A stretch of 64,000 nucleotides of DNA. Origin: an uncultured bacterium. Lineage in GTDB: Bacteria > Krumholzibacteriota > Krumholzibacteriia > Krumholzibacteriales > Krumholzibacteriaceae. A model generated the notes under the pieces. It saw only the letters and a program-made list of their open reading frames with translations, made no database searches and was not told where the DNA came from. Positions 1 through 9,814 of the stretch are shown piece after piece (within the stretch, counting starts at the first letter, position 1; every line of letters begins with the position of its first letter). A program made the translations under genes and the position numbers. The stretch covers positions 128,001 to 192,000 of the forward strand of contig CAWFAD010000011.1 in assembly GCA_963813815.1 (NCBI GenBank), in the 5' to 3' direction.

Positions 1-1040
1 CGACTCGACATCTCGTTCCGGGACGCGGGATTCGCGAGGAGGGATCGCACGGCGCCGGCGAGACCGTCGATCGTTCCGCCGACGACGCCGAGACGGTTGC
101 GGACGATCGTGTCGTCGGGATCGATCTCGAGGCTCAGAACGGGAACGCCGTGCCGCCAAGCGTGGAGGAAGGTGTTCGGAAAACCCTCGAGCGAGGATGT
201 GTTGACGAGGGCGTAGGCGTCCCGGTAGTACGCGTCTATTTCATCCGGAGGAACGAAATCGATCTGGCGGACGTTCGGCGCCTCCCGCAGCCTTTCCATG
301 ATCGAACGGTAGTACGCTTCGTTTCCGACCTTGCCTCCGATGAGAATGAAACGCGCCTCGGGGACGCGGCGCGCGAGCTCGACGAAGATCTCCGCGCGCT
401 TCATCCAGCGAAGCCCGCCGACCCAGAGAAAGGCCGGCGGCGCCGCGGGGGGGGACGCCGGGCGGGCGGGAACGGATCCCTCGTCGGAAATAATGATGCC
501 GTTTCGAATGAGGACGATCTCCCGCTTGAACTGCTCGCGCATGATCCGCTGCTGTTTTTCCGTCTGCGCGATGACCGCGTCGGCGCGCGCGATGCCCCAG
601 CGATAGAGGGCCGCCATGGGAGGCGGAAGGTTGCCCTGACAGTCACGGTAGATGTTGTAGTCGCTTCCCACGGAAAAGGTGAAGGCGCGTCCCATGCAGC
701 GCGCGAACCATGCGATCTGTCCCGTGAAAAAGGCGGTGGAGCGCTGGTTGTACACGTCGGCGTCGGCGAGGATCATGGCGCGGCGTATGGAGAGCATGTC
801 GGGGAGAAAGCGCAGCTTGCGGTTTCCCTTGAAGGGGGTGAAGGATCTGATGAGCGTGATGCCCCCATCGTTCTCGATTTCGCGCTGTCCGTAATCGCCG
901 ACGATGAACGAGACGGAAACGCCCCGCGAGGCGAGGTGGCGGCCGACGAGAACCTGCTGCGTTTCGGCGCCGCCGGCCCACGTCGTCGCGTCGGGCCGGA
1001 AGTAGGCGTAGGCCGTCGGTGAAAAGAAGCAAACCTTCAT
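1..1040 (-). CDS. Glycosyltransferase family 4 (partial, 3' end runs off window)
   Basis: Not in ORF track. Read manually from ATG at 1040: MKVCFFSPTAYAYFRPDATTWAGGAETQQVLVGRHLASRG..., with the later GT4-type motif EGFPNTFLHAWRHGVPV. Confidence 0.88.
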   Translation of the reverse strand, partial: MKVCFFSPTAYAYFRPDATTWAGGAETQQVLVGRHLASRGVSVSFIVGDYGQREIENDGGITLIRSFTPFKGNRKLRFLPDMLSIRRAMILADADVYNQRSTAFFTGQIAWFARCMGRAFTFSVGSDYNIYRDCQGNLPPPMAALYRWGIARADAVIAQTEKQQRIMREQFKREIVLIRNGIIISDEGSVPARPASPPAAPPAFLWVGGLRWMKRAEIFVELARRVPEARFILIGGKVGNEAYYRSIMERLREAPNVRQIDFVPPDEIDAYYRDAYALVNTSSLEGFPNTFLHAWRHGVPVLSLEIDPDDTIVRNRLGVVGGTIDGLAGAVRSLLANPASRNEMSS

Positions 1041-1103
1041 GCGCCACCTCTCCTGCGCGGCCGATTGGCGGACGCGGCGGCGCGCCGCGTCCGGATGGAG
1101 GGG

Positions 1104-1132
1104 ATACTAGCGTTCGATCCGGGCCGTTGCAA
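1104..1132 (-). promoter_or_regulatory. sigma70-like promoter for GT4 gene
   Basis: Minus strand TTGCAA-17 bp-TAGTAT. Confidence 0.5.
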
Positions 1133-1142
1133 CTGCATTCCA

Positions 1143-1171
1143 TTGCATTTTCCGTTCCGCCCGCCTATACT
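1143..1171 (+). promoter_or_regulatory. sigma70-like promoter for rmlA
   Basis: TTGCAT-17 bp-TATACT upstream of the AAGGAG RBS. Confidence 0.6.
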
Positions 1172-1215
1172 CCCGTCAGGTCGTCGTTTTCCTGCCGAAC
1201 GAAGGAGAAAGCGGT

Positions 1216-1947
1216 ATGAAGGGTGTCATTCTCGCCGGCGGTCTCGGAACGAGGCTCTTTCCGCTCACCAAGGTGACGAACAAACACCTCCTGCCCGTGT
1301 ACGACAAGCCCATGATCTTTTACCCGATCCAGACCCTCATCAACGCGGGGATCAGGGACATACTCATCGTCACGGGAGGAGGGAACGCCGGCGATTTCCT
1401 GCGGCTCCTCGGGAACGGCGCCGACTTCGGGCTCGCGCACATCAACTACACCTATCAGCAGGGCGAGGGAGGGATCGCCGACGCTTTGAAGCTCGCCGAG
1501 TACTGGGCCGCCGGAGACCGGATCTGCGTCGTCCTCGGGGACAACATCATCGAGAAAAACATCGTTCGCGCCGTCGAATCGTACGGGCGTCAGAAGAGCG
1601 GCGCGAAGATCCTCCTCAAGGAGGTCCCCGACCCGGAGCGCTTCGGCGTGCCCGTGCTCGAGGGGAACCGGGTGGTCAAGATCGAGGAAAAGCCCTCGAA
1701 GCCCGCGTCCCGATACGCGGTGACGGGGATCTACCTCTTCGACGGCCGGGTGTTCGAGATCGCGCGGGATCTCCGTCCGTCGGCGAGGGGCGAGCTCGAG
1801 ATCACGGACGTGAACAACGCCTACATCGAGCGCGGAGAGCTCACGTGGGACGTTCTCGACGGGTGGTGGACGGACGCGGGGACGTTCGAGTCGCTCCGCC
1901 GGGCGACGAACCTCGTCGCCGAAACCGGCGCCAACAATCTCGATTGA
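1216..1947 (+). CDS. rmlA: Glucose-1-phosphate thymidylyltransferase (short RmlA/SpsI type)
   Basis: GVILAGGLGTRLFPLT..NKHLLPVYDKPMI, EEKP, SARGELEITD, WTDAGT. Confidence 0.92.
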   Translation: MKGVILAGGLGTRLFPLTKVTNKHLLPVYDKPMIFYPIQTLINAGIRDILIVTGGGNAGDFLRLLGNGADFGLAHINYTYQQGEGGIADALKLAEYWAAGDRICVVLGDNIIEKNIVRAVESYGRQKSGAKILLKEVPDPERFGVPVLEGNRVVKIEEKPSKPASRYAVTGIYLFDGRVFEIARDLRPSARGELEITDVNNAYIERGELTWDVLDGWWTDAGTFESLRRATNLVAETGANNLD

Positions 1948-1951
1948 AAAC

Positions 1952-2806
1952 TCAGCGGAAGGTCGCCCGCACGTACTCGTCGAGCGCCTCGCGCCAGCCG
2001 CGCATGGGGCAGAGCCCGAGCTGCTCGAAGCGCCAGTTGCGGAGGGCTTCCATCCGCGGGCGGGGTGCGGGCAGGGGAAAGGCGTCGGACGACACCGGAC
2101 GCAGGCGGCAACCCTTGATCCCGGCGGAGCGCACGATCTCCTCCGCCATGTCGAAACGGCTCACGCAGCCGACGTTCGCGCAATGATACGTTCCGTAACG
2201 CCCGCTCCCGATGAAGTCCCCGATCGCCCGGGCGAGGTCGATCGTGTAGGTCGGGGATCCGAACTTGTCGTTCACGATCGGGATCTCGCCCCCCCGGCGG
2301 GCCCGCTCGACGATCTTCGCGACGAATTTCTTGTCCTCCGCGCCGCCTCCGAAGAGCCAGCACGCGTAAAAAACGAAGTGCCGCGGCGCGATCTCGCGGA
2401 CGGCGAGCTCGCCGGCGTATTTCGAGCGTCCGTACTCGTTCGCCGGCGCGGGGGTGTCGGTTTCGATGTACGGCGTTTCCTTGCGGCCGTCGTAGACCAT
2501 TCCCGTCCCGATGTAGACCATGACGGCGCCGCAGTCGCGGGAGGCGAGGGCGACGTTGCGCGCGCCCTCCTCGTTCACGCTTCGCGCTGCGGCGGGATCG
2601 AGCTCGCAGGCGTCGACGTCCGTCATCGCCGCGAGGTGGAGCACATAGGCGGGCCGGGCGGCGCGGATCGCGCGCTCAATGAGGCCGGCGTCACGGATGT
2701 CGGGCTCGTCGAGGGATGCGGGGTGGATCTCGAAACGATCGCCGAGAACCTCGACCGCGGCTCGCCCCAGCATGCCGCGTACGCCGGTTATGAAGATGCG
2801 ATCCAC
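1952..2806 (-). CDS. rmlD: dTDP-4-dehydrorhamnose reductase
   Basis: GVRGMLG, AAMTDVDACE, YGRSK, GSPTY, PAPRP motifs. Confidence 0.92.
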   Translation of the reverse strand: MDRIFITGVRGMLGRAAVEVLGDRFEIHPASLDEPDIRDAGLIERAIRAARPAYVLHLAAMTDVDACELDPAAARSVNEEGARNVALASRDCGAVMVYIGTGMVYDGRKETPYIETDTPAPANEYGRSKYAGELAVREIAPRHFVFYACWLFGGGAEDKKFVAKIVERARRGGEIPIVNDKFGSPTYTIDLARAIGDFIGSGRYGTYHCANVGCVSRFDMAEEIVRSAGIKGCRLRPVSSDAFPLPAPRPRMEALRNWRFEQLGLCPMRGWREALDEYVRATFR

Positions 2807-2827
2807 GAGATGCGCTCCGAGCCGCTT

Positions 2828-3284
2828 TCAGCGGTCTTTCCGGCGCCAATCGTACGGGATACTCCCCCGAGTGGGGATCGATCCGGAACTCGTCCGGATC
2901 GTCGTAGCGATAGAGCTCCGTGGGCACGTTGACGACGAGCGCCTCGCTCTCAGAAACGCACATGAAGCCATGGCACACGCCGGGCGGAATATGCACCCGA
3001 ACGGGATTGTGGATGCCGGCGAAGATCTCGACGATCTCGCCGTGCGTGGATGAGCCCGCCCGCCGGTCGTAGAGAACGATCTTCATCATGCCGCCGACGA
3101 CGACCATGTTGTCCGATTGCTTCGCGTGGTAGTGCCAGCCCTTGACGACGCCGGGGTACGCGGTGGTGAGGTACACCTGGCCGAATCGCGTGAAATCGCT
3201 CTCGTCGCTGCGGAGCATTTCCATGAGCCGTCCGCGCTCGTCGGGGATCACCCTGAGCTTCGTGATCGTGACGCCGTCGATCAT
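2828..3284 (-). CDS. rmlC: dTDP-4-dehydrorhamnose 3,5-epimerase (cupin), with a 1-bp insertion near the 3' end
   Basis: DERGRLMEMLR, GVVKGWHYH, IPPGVCHGF. Removing one base at ~2861 restores the C-terminus GEIPYDWRRKDR* with TGA at 2828-2830 and removes the overlap with rmlD. Confidence 0.85.
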
Positions 3285-3362
3285 CCGTGATTCCTCCGTT
3301 GATAGTGAACGCCAGCACCGAAAGGCCGCGCGGGTCGAATGTACCCGAGCCCCAGCCGCCTG

Positions 3363-4853
3363 TCAACGCTTCTCGAGAAAGCTCTTGGCGGCCGTCCCGT
3401 CCGCTCCCGCCGCGCCGTCGCCGAGGACGTGAAGCACCGTGTCGGCGACCCCGAGCGGGGAGACGGCCTCGCGGCGGACGCGCCAGCCGTCGAGCGGTCC
3501 GACGAGGAGCACGCCTCCCGGGCGGTGTCCGCCGGAGATCTTTCGGTGGCGCGGGTTGAGCGTCACGAGCGGGCAATGAATCGACCAGCCCGTTCCGAAC
3601 TCCGGACGCATCTCGTAGAGAACGTCGGGGAAGCGGTCGAGGTGGGGACCGGCGTAGATCTCTTCGCGTCGCCGCGCCCAGAGAAATATTTCCTTTCCGG
3701 AGCGGTCGCGAACGCCGAGCAGGAGCGAGATGACCTCGTCGCGGAGCGTTTCGTACGAGCGCCCTTCCGCGGCGCACCGGTTCCTCGAGATCTCGACGCC
3801 TCCGAACGGATTGTTGCCGCCGAACTCCGAGGCGGTGGCGAGATTGTCGGCCCGCTCCGTCAAAAAATCCCCCTTCTTGAGCTTTCTCGTCCAGGGGAAA
3901 AGATGCGCCACGCGATAGGAGACGTCCTCGAGGTCGAGGCGGTGGAGCGTCTCGAGCGCGATTCTCTTGGCCCGGTCCACGTGATACCGGGGGCTCAGGA
4001 GGAGCGGACCCGAGACGCGGCTGCGTAGAAAGCCCGCGCGCATGAGGAGCTCGTTCACGTTGAAATGAAGTGTGGCGCGCCTCCCGTGGCCGTGATCGCT
4101 CAGCACGAGCGCGACGCAGCCGGGGCCCGCGGCGGCGACGAGCTCTCCGACGCAATCGTCGAGAACGCCGTGGAAGGCCCGGAGCGTATCGCCGTAGCGG
4201 CTCCGGCGCGGGTGCGTGGGATCGCCGGGATCCTGATAGCGCCAGAAGAAGTGGAACATCCGGTCGAGGGTCAGGAGCGTGACGAAGGCGAGATCCCACC
4301 GCTCGCTCCGCATGAGCCGCGCCGTATAATCGGTGACGCGGCGCGTCTCGGCGCCCGATTTCTCGGCGAACGCGGAGAGCTCGTGGCGCTCCGGGAAATC
4401 GACGATGCCGCCGAGGGGTGGGGTCTCGTGGCGATCCAGCGCGTCGGGAGGCTCGACGGCGGTGCGCCCGGAGATGAAAACGGGGCCGCTCGCCATGACG
4501 CCGCGGACGGGCCAGGGAGGATAGGCGAGGAGCGGATTCACGACGATGACCCGCTTGCCGGCGTCTCCGGCGCGATCCCAGAAGGTCTTTCCGCGAAAGG
4601 CAGCCGTGTCGACGGCGAATCGCTTCGCGTCCTTCTTGAAGTAGTCGATGCTTTCGAGAATGCCGTGCTCGCTCGGGTCGAGCCCCGTGAAGATGCTGAC
4701 CCACGAGGGAACGCTGTCGGGGGGGAAGATCGCCTCGAGCTCGCCGCCGTATCCCGACGAGGCGAGACGCGACAGGTGCGGGAGTCCGGGCAGAATGGGC
4801 TCGAGCACGCGCCAATCCATGCCGTCGATGCCGATGACGAGCATCCGGCTCAT
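3363..4853 (-). CDS. Alkaline phosphatase superfamily protein (type I phosphodiesterase/nucleotide pyrophosphatase-like)
   Basis: Start MSRMLVIGIDGMDW; PPDSVPSWVSIFTG nucleophile region, LDRMFH, LSDHGH, SGGHRPGG. Confidence 0.88.
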   Translation of the reverse strand: MSRMLVIGIDGMDWRVLEPILPGLPHLSRLASSGYGGELEAIFPPDSVPSWVSIFTGLDPSEHGILESIDYFKKDAKRFAVDTAAFRGKTFWDRAGDAGKRVIVVNPLLAYPPWPVRGVMASGPVFISGRTAVEPPDALDRHETPPLGGIVDFPERHELSAFAEKSGAETRRVTDYTARLMRSERWDLAFVTLLTLDRMFHFFWRYQDPGDPTHPRRSRYGDTLRAFHGVLDDCVGELVAAAGPGCVALVLSDHGHGRRATLHFNVNELLMRAGFLRSRVSGPLLLSPRYHVDRAKRIALETLHRLDLEDVSYRVAHLFPWTRKLKKGDFLTERADNLATASEFGGNNPFGGVEISRNRCAAEGRSYETLRDEVISLLLGVRDRSGKEIFLWARRREEIYAGPHLDRFPDVLYEMRPEFGTGWSIHCPLVTLNPRHRKISGGHRPGGVLLVGPLDGWRVRREAVSPLGVADTVLHVLGDGAAGADGTAAKSFLEKR

Positions 4854-5569
4854 CGGGCGGCCACCTCCCGCGCGCGCGCGGCCCGCCAGACGGACGTCCC
4901 GGCCCACACGGCTTCGAAGACCCGTTCCACCTGCGGCGTCCCGTCGATGAGCGGCGCCGCGAGGATACGGGCCATTTCCCGGTAGTACTCTCTGCGGTCG
5001 GCGAGATAGGCGGCGGGGGTGCCGTCGGACTTTCGCGCGGCGCCGATCTCCGGATCGATATCGATGAACATGACGAGCGACGGCTTGGGGAAAAGAGCGA
5101 GCAGGGGATGATCCATGAGCTCCGTGATGCTTCCCGGGGGAATCGAGAAATTGACGGCGACGTCGATGAGCGTATCGTACACGTAGCGGTCGCAGATGAC
5201 GGCTTTGCCGCGGCGGCGCGGCCCGGAGAGACGGCTGCGCACCTGCCACGCGTATTCTCCCCAGACGAGCATTTGCCAGAGGTCTCGCTTGAGCCCGCGG
5301 CGCATGGTGCGGCGCTTCGCGTCGCGAAACGCGGCGTAGTCGTCACCGCCGAGGCGCTCGGTCGAGCGCAGGTACGTTTTCGCGAGACGGATGGCCGGCG
5401 CACTGAGACGGGGCTCCCATCGGTTCCAGACGGCTTCGGCCGGGATGCCGGCGTCGCCGAGCCTTTCGGCGAGGAGGGCGGCCTGCGTCGATTTTCCCGA
5501 GCCGTCGAGCCCGCTGACGACGATGATGTCTCTGCCGGGTCGCGCGCCCGCCTTGAAGGGCCCTTTCAT
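4850..5569 (-). CDS. Thymidylate-kinase-like P-loop kinase
   Basis: VSGLDGSGKST Walker A and ICDRY motif; ATGA overlaps with both neighbours. Confidence 0.82.
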   Translation of the reverse strand: MKGPFKAGARPGRDIIVVSGLDGSGKSTQAALLAERLGDAGIPAEAVWNRWEPRLSAPAIRLAKTYLRSTERLGGDDYAAFRDAKRRTMRRGLKRDLWQMLVWGEYAWQVRSRLSGPRRRGKAVICDRYVYDTLIDVAVNFSIPPGSITELMDHPLLALFPKPSLVMFIDIDPEIGAARKSDGTPAAYLADRREYYREMARILAAPLIDGTPQVERVFEAVWAGTSVWRAARAREVAAR

Positions 5570-6624
5570 CGCGAGGCCTCCGTGGATCGCTCGCGGGCGA
5601 GCGTGCGCAGGTGCGGCACGAGGTGCTTGCGGAACACCCTCTGCCACGAGAAATCCCCGACCTTCGCCGCCGTTGCCGGCTGCTCGAGCCGGATGGAGGC
5701 GATGCGGTCCGAAACCTGCGAGACGTGATCGTAGTAGAGAAAGCCGTCCCCCTCGCGGAGCATCGCGGGCAGCATGCCGAAACGCGTCGCGACGACGGGG
5801 AGATTGCAGGCGCACGCCTCGATCACGGAAAGGGGAAACTCGACGGCTCCCATCGGATTGCCGACGGGGAAGAAATAGGCGTCCGCGGCCTGGTACAGCT
5901 CGTGAACGGCGTGGATGTATTCGTCGATCACGATGACCCCGGCCATGCGGAGCCGATCGGCCCACGAGGGGTCGATCTCCCCGGCCTTGATAACGGGCTG
6001 AACGTCGTTGCCCCAGTCACGGTAGCGCAGAAAGGCCTCGAGGTTGCGGCTTTCCCGGACGTGCCCGACGTGGAGGAGGATGAATCGATCGGAGGGCAGG
6101 TCGTACTTGGCGCGGAGCCGCGCTTTGGCGTCCGCCGCGACGGGTCTAAAAACGCGGTCGTCGTAGCCGGGCATGATGAAATCGGTGTCGACGCCGGCCT
6201 TCTCGAGCGCCTCCCGCACCGCGGCGACGGGGGAGAGAACGAGATCGGGCGCGGCGACGCGCGCGACGAGCCTGTGGAGGGCCCCGACGGAGCGATCCTG
6301 AAGTCCGATCACGATGACGGGCCGTTTCGCCGCGATCCGCAGGAGGGAGCCGCGGGCGAGACCGGCCGCCGTGAGGCCGGATTGCGGCACGTACACCACG
6401 ATGTCGAAGGGCTCGCGCCGGAGAAGGCGCACGAGGCGCCTCGCGAGCAGTATCTTCAGCGCGGCGACGCGGAGGGCTCGGACGTCGGAAGGGCTCTCTC
6501 CCGTCGCGTAAGCGATGGTGAGATCCCCCTCTCGCTGCAGAAAGCGCCCGAGGTGCATGAGGAAGACGAGCGTCCCCTCGTTCGGGCGAACCGATATTTC
6601 CTCGGTGACGAGCAGTATCTTCAT
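5566..6624 (-). CDS. Glycosyltransferase family 4
   Basis: LHVGHVRESRNL, EFPLSVIEACACNLPVV (EX7E). Confidence 0.88.
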   Translation of the reverse strand: MKILLVTEEISVRPNEGTLVFLMHLGRFLQREGDLTIAYATGESPSDVRALRVAALKILLARRLVRLLRREPFDIVVYVPQSGLTAAGLARGSLLRIAAKRPVIVIGLQDRSVGALHRLVARVAAPDLVLSPVAAVREALEKAGVDTDFIMPGYDDRVFRPVAADAKARLRAKYDLPSDRFILLHVGHVRESRNLEAFLRYRDWGNDVQPVIKAGEIDPSWADRLRMAGVIVIDEYIHAVHELYQAADAYFFPVGNPMGAVEFPLSVIEACACNLPVVATRFGMLPAMLREGDGFLYYDHVSQVSDRIASIRLEQPATAAKVGDFSWQRVFRKHLVPHLRTLARERSTEASR

Positions 6625-6794
6625 ACGACGCAAGCCGTGCCGGAAAGACCCTGAAAACGCGTATCCCTAAAGAATTGATTATGATACCTTTTCGGCCCGG
6701 CGACAACGAAAATCGCCGGGAGACGGCGCGGCAGGGCGGAACAGGTGGGAGAAGCGGCCCCCAGAAATATACGGTGGAATCGATTTCCTGAAAA

Positions 6795-6803
6795 TGGTAT
6801 AAT
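6795..6803 (+). promoter_or_regulatory. Extended -10 promoter element
   Basis: TGgTATAAT about 40 bp upstream of the DegT-family gene. Confidence 0.5.
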
Positions 6804-6842
6804 TGCTACACTTGGGCAAAGGGGTGATACAAGGTTGGCAAC

Positions 6843-7955
6843 ATGAGCAGCAAAATCCCGTTCATTGATCTTCAGCAAGGCACCAGAAAAATAAGGAAAG
6901 AGATCGACGAAGCGGTCACCCGCGTGATCGACAATACCGCTTTCGTCCTCGGGCCCGAGCTCGAGGGGTTCGAATCCGATTTCGCGGCCTACTGCGGCGC
7001 GGGGCACTGCGCGGGGATCAACTCCGGCACGGCGGCCCTTCATCTCGCGCTGCTTTGCTTCGGCGTCGGACGGGGGGACGAAGTCATAACGGTGCCCAAC
7101 ACCTTCATCGCGACGGCGGAGGCGATTGCCATGGCCGGAGCGAAGCCGGTGCTGGTGGACGTTCGGGAGGATACCGCTCTCATAGACGTCGAGAAGATCG
7201 AGAGCGCGATCACGCCTCGGACGAAGGCGATCATTCCCGTGCATCTTTTCGGGCAACCGTGCGATATGGACCCCATAATGGATCTCGCGAAGAAACACGG
7301 GCTTGCGGTCATCGAGGACGCCTGTCAGGCGCACGGCGCCGAATATAAGGGAATAAGGACGGGGGCGCTTGGACATGCCGCCGGATTCTCTTTTTACCCG
7401 AGCAAGAACCTCGGCGCCTGCGGCGAAGGCGGCGCCATCACCTCCCGCGACCGCGAGGTCGTAGACCGCGCGAAGGGGCTGCGGCATCACGCGCAGTTCG
7501 AGCGGAACGTTCACAGCGAGATCGGTTACAACTACCGCCTCGAATCGCTCCAGGCAGCGATTCTGCGCGTGAAGCTGCGCCATCTCAACGGGTGGAACGA
7601 CATGCGCCGGGCCGTGGCCGAGCGGTATATCGGCAACCTGCAAGGAACGAGCTACTGGCTGCCGCGGGAAGCGCCCGGCCTCCGTCACGTTTATCATCTG
7701 TTTCCGATAGTCGCCTCGCGCAAGGAGCGCGTCACGAAAGCGCTCGGCGAGGCGGGGATCGGGTGGGGAGAGCATTATCCGACGCCGGTTCACCTCCATC
7801 CCGCGTTCGCGCATCTCGGAAAAGGCAAGGGGAGCTACCCCGTTGCCGAGAAGCTCATGAGCGGCCTTGTATCACTGCCCATGTTCCCCGAGCTTCCGCT
7901 CCGGGACGTCGATCGCGTATCGGAGGTTCTCAAGGAGGTCGACCGGACTTCATAA
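6843..7955 (+). CDS. DegT/DnrJ/EryC1/StrS family PLP aminotransferase
   Basis: NSGTAALHLAL, PVHLFGQ, EDACQAHGA, SFYPSKNLGACGEGG, GYNYRL. Confidence 0.95.
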   Translation: MSSKIPFIDLQQGTRKIRKEIDEAVTRVIDNTAFVLGPELEGFESDFAAYCGAGHCAGINSGTAALHLALLCFGVGRGDEVITVPNTFIATAEAIAMAGAKPVLVDVREDTALIDVEKIESAITPRTKAIIPVHLFGQPCDMDPIMDLAKKHGLAVIEDACQAHGAEYKGIRTGALGHAAGFSFYPSKNLGACGEGGAITSRDREVVDRAKGLRHHAQFERNVHSEIGYNYRLESLQAAILRVKLRHLNGWNDMRRAVAERYIGNLQGTSYWLPREAPGLRHVYHLFPIVASRKERVTKALGEAGIGWGEHYPTPVHLHPAFAHLGKGKGSYPVAEKLMSGLVSLPMFPELPLRDVDRVSEVLKEVDRTS

Positions 7956-8043
7956 TTTAGTTTCAAAGGAGGGGATTATCGGCTAATAGATAAGGACATA
8001 GGCAAAAGGCCACAGGGCTGAACGCACACAGAGAAGGCAAACG

Positions 8044-8763
8044 ATGGCCCTTGAAAGCGCCGAAAAGGTCCAGCAGCTGACGGGACTTGCATACGGGGAC
8101 GATCTCCGAATCCGCGAGCGCATGTGGGCTGAGAGATTCGTCAAGCGTCTCCTCGACGTCATGGCGGCGTTGATCGTCATCGTCGTGGGTCTTCCATTTT
8201 TTCTCGCCATCGCGCTGCTGATAAAGCTGACCTCAAAGGGGCCCGTGTTCTTTTCCCAGGAACGCATCGGGAAGGATGGGGAGGAGTTTACCCTTTTCAA
8301 GTTCCGAACGATGCGGCTCAACTCCGACGACGGCATTCACCGCGAATTCACCCGCTGCTTCATCGAAGGGCGCCTCGCGAACTCCGCTGTTGACGAAAAA
8401 ACCTCCGCCGTTTATAAGCTCAAAGACGACCCGCGCGTCACGGCGGTCGGCTGCTTCCTGCGCAAGACGAGCCTCGACGAGTTTCCGCAGTTCCTGAACG
8501 TGCTCCGGGGCGAGATGACGATCGTGGGACCGCGCCCGCCGCTTTCGTATGAGATCGAGCACTATCAGGACTGGCACAAGCTCCGTCTCGCCGTGAAACC
8601 GGGTCTCACGGGGCTCTGGCAGGTGAGCGGCCGAAGCTCGGTTCCCTTCAACGAGATGGTGCTCCTTGATCTCTACTACATCGAGCACTGGTCGCTTCTC
8701 CTCGATTTCAAGATCATGCTGAGAACGATCCCCGTCATGTTCTTCGGTTCCGGCGGATTCTAA
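8044..8763 (+). CDS. Bacterial sugar transferase (polyprenyl-P glycosylphosphotransferase, WcaJ/WbaP catalytic domain)
   Basis: KRLLD, one TM helix, [35 protein letters not shown]. Confidence 0.93.
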   Translation: MALESAEKVQQLTGLAYGDDLRIRERMWAERFVKRLLDVMAALIVIVVGLPFFLAIALLIKLTSKGPVFFSQERIGKDGEEFTLFKFRTMRLNSDDGIHREFTRCFIEGRLANSAVDEKTSAVYKLKDDPRVTAVGCFLRKTSLDEFPQFLNVLRGEMTIVGPRPPLSYEIEHYQDWHKLRLAVKPGLTGLWQVSGRSSVPFNEMVLLDLYYIEHWSLLLDFKIMLRTIPVMFFGSGGF

Positions 8764-8776
8764 GAACGGAGGCAGA

Positions 8777-9814
8777 GTGGTTAAGGTAGGCGTCGTCGGC
8801 TGCGGCTACTGGGGTCCAAACCTCATCCGGAATTTTTCGAATCTCAAGTCGTCGAAGGTCGTCGCGTGCGCGGACGTGAAGGAGGACCGGCTGAACCACA
8901 TGCGCCAGCTCTATCCGACGCTTCGCACGACGACCGATTTCCGCGAGATCCTCCGCGATCCCGGGATAGACGCCGTCATCATCGCGACTCCGGTCGCGCA
9001 GCATTTTCCGGTGGCCAAGGAGGCCCTCGAAGCCGGAAAGCACGTCTTCGTCGAGAAGCCGCTCGCGCAATCGGTCGAGGAGGGAAAGGCGCTCGTCGAG
9101 CTCGCCGCCCGCATGCGTCTGACGCTCATGGTCGGGCACACCTTCGTTTTCACGGCCGCGGTCAACAAGATCAAGGATCTCATCTGGTCCGGGGAGCTCG
9201 GCGACATTTACTACATCGCGTCGTCGCGCGTGAACCTCGGCATTTTTCAGGAGGACATCAACGTGGTGTGGGATCTCGCCCCGCACGACGTTTCGATCAT
9301 GAATTACGTTCTCGACTCGCGGCCCGTTTCCGTGTCGGCGGTGGGCCGCTCGTACATTCGGCCCGGCATCGAGGACGTCGCGTTCCTGACCCTCAAGTAT
9401 CCGCAGGCCGCGCTCGCCAACATCCACGTTTCGTGGCTCGATCCGAACAAGATCCGCAGCACCACGGTCGTCGGCAGCAAGAAGATGCTCGTCTACGACG
9501 ACATCTCGAGCCTCGAGAAGATACGGATCTACGACAAGGGCGTCACCGTGACGCCGCACTACGACACCTTCGGCGAGTTCCACCTCTCGTATCGCTACGG
9601 GGATATCATGATCCCGCGCCTCGACGACGCCGAGCCGCTCAAGCTCGAATGCCAGCATTTCGTCGACGTCATCGAGAAGGGCGTTCCGGCGCGCAGCGAC
9701 GGCCGGCACGGTCTCGAGGTGCTGCTCGTTCTCGAGACGGCGGGCCGTTCCATGCGGGAGCAGGGCATGGAGATCGCGATCGAATACCCGGCCCAGATGG
9801 AATCGGCGCGATGA
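8777..9814 (+). CDS. Gfo/Idh/MocA family oxidoreductase (WbpB-like sugar dehydrogenase)
   Basis: GCGYWG, HVFVEKP, WDLAPHD. Confidence 0.92.
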   Translation: MVKVGVVGCGYWGPNLIRNFSNLKSSKVVACADVKEDRLNHMRQLYPTLRTTTDFREILRDPGIDAVIIATPVAQHFPVAKEALEAGKHVFVEKPLAQSVEEGKALVELAARMRLTLMVGHTFVFTAAVNKIKDLIWSGELGDIYYIASSRVNLGIFQEDINVVWDLAPHDVSIMNYVLDSRPVSVSAVGRSYIRPGIEDVAFLTLKYPQAALANIHVSWLDPNKIRSTTVVGSKKMLVYDDISSLEKIRIYDKGVTVTPHYDTFGEFHLSYRYGDIMIPRLDDAEPLKLECQHFVDVIEKGVPARSDGRHGLEVLLVLETAGRSMREQGMEIAIEYPAQMESAR

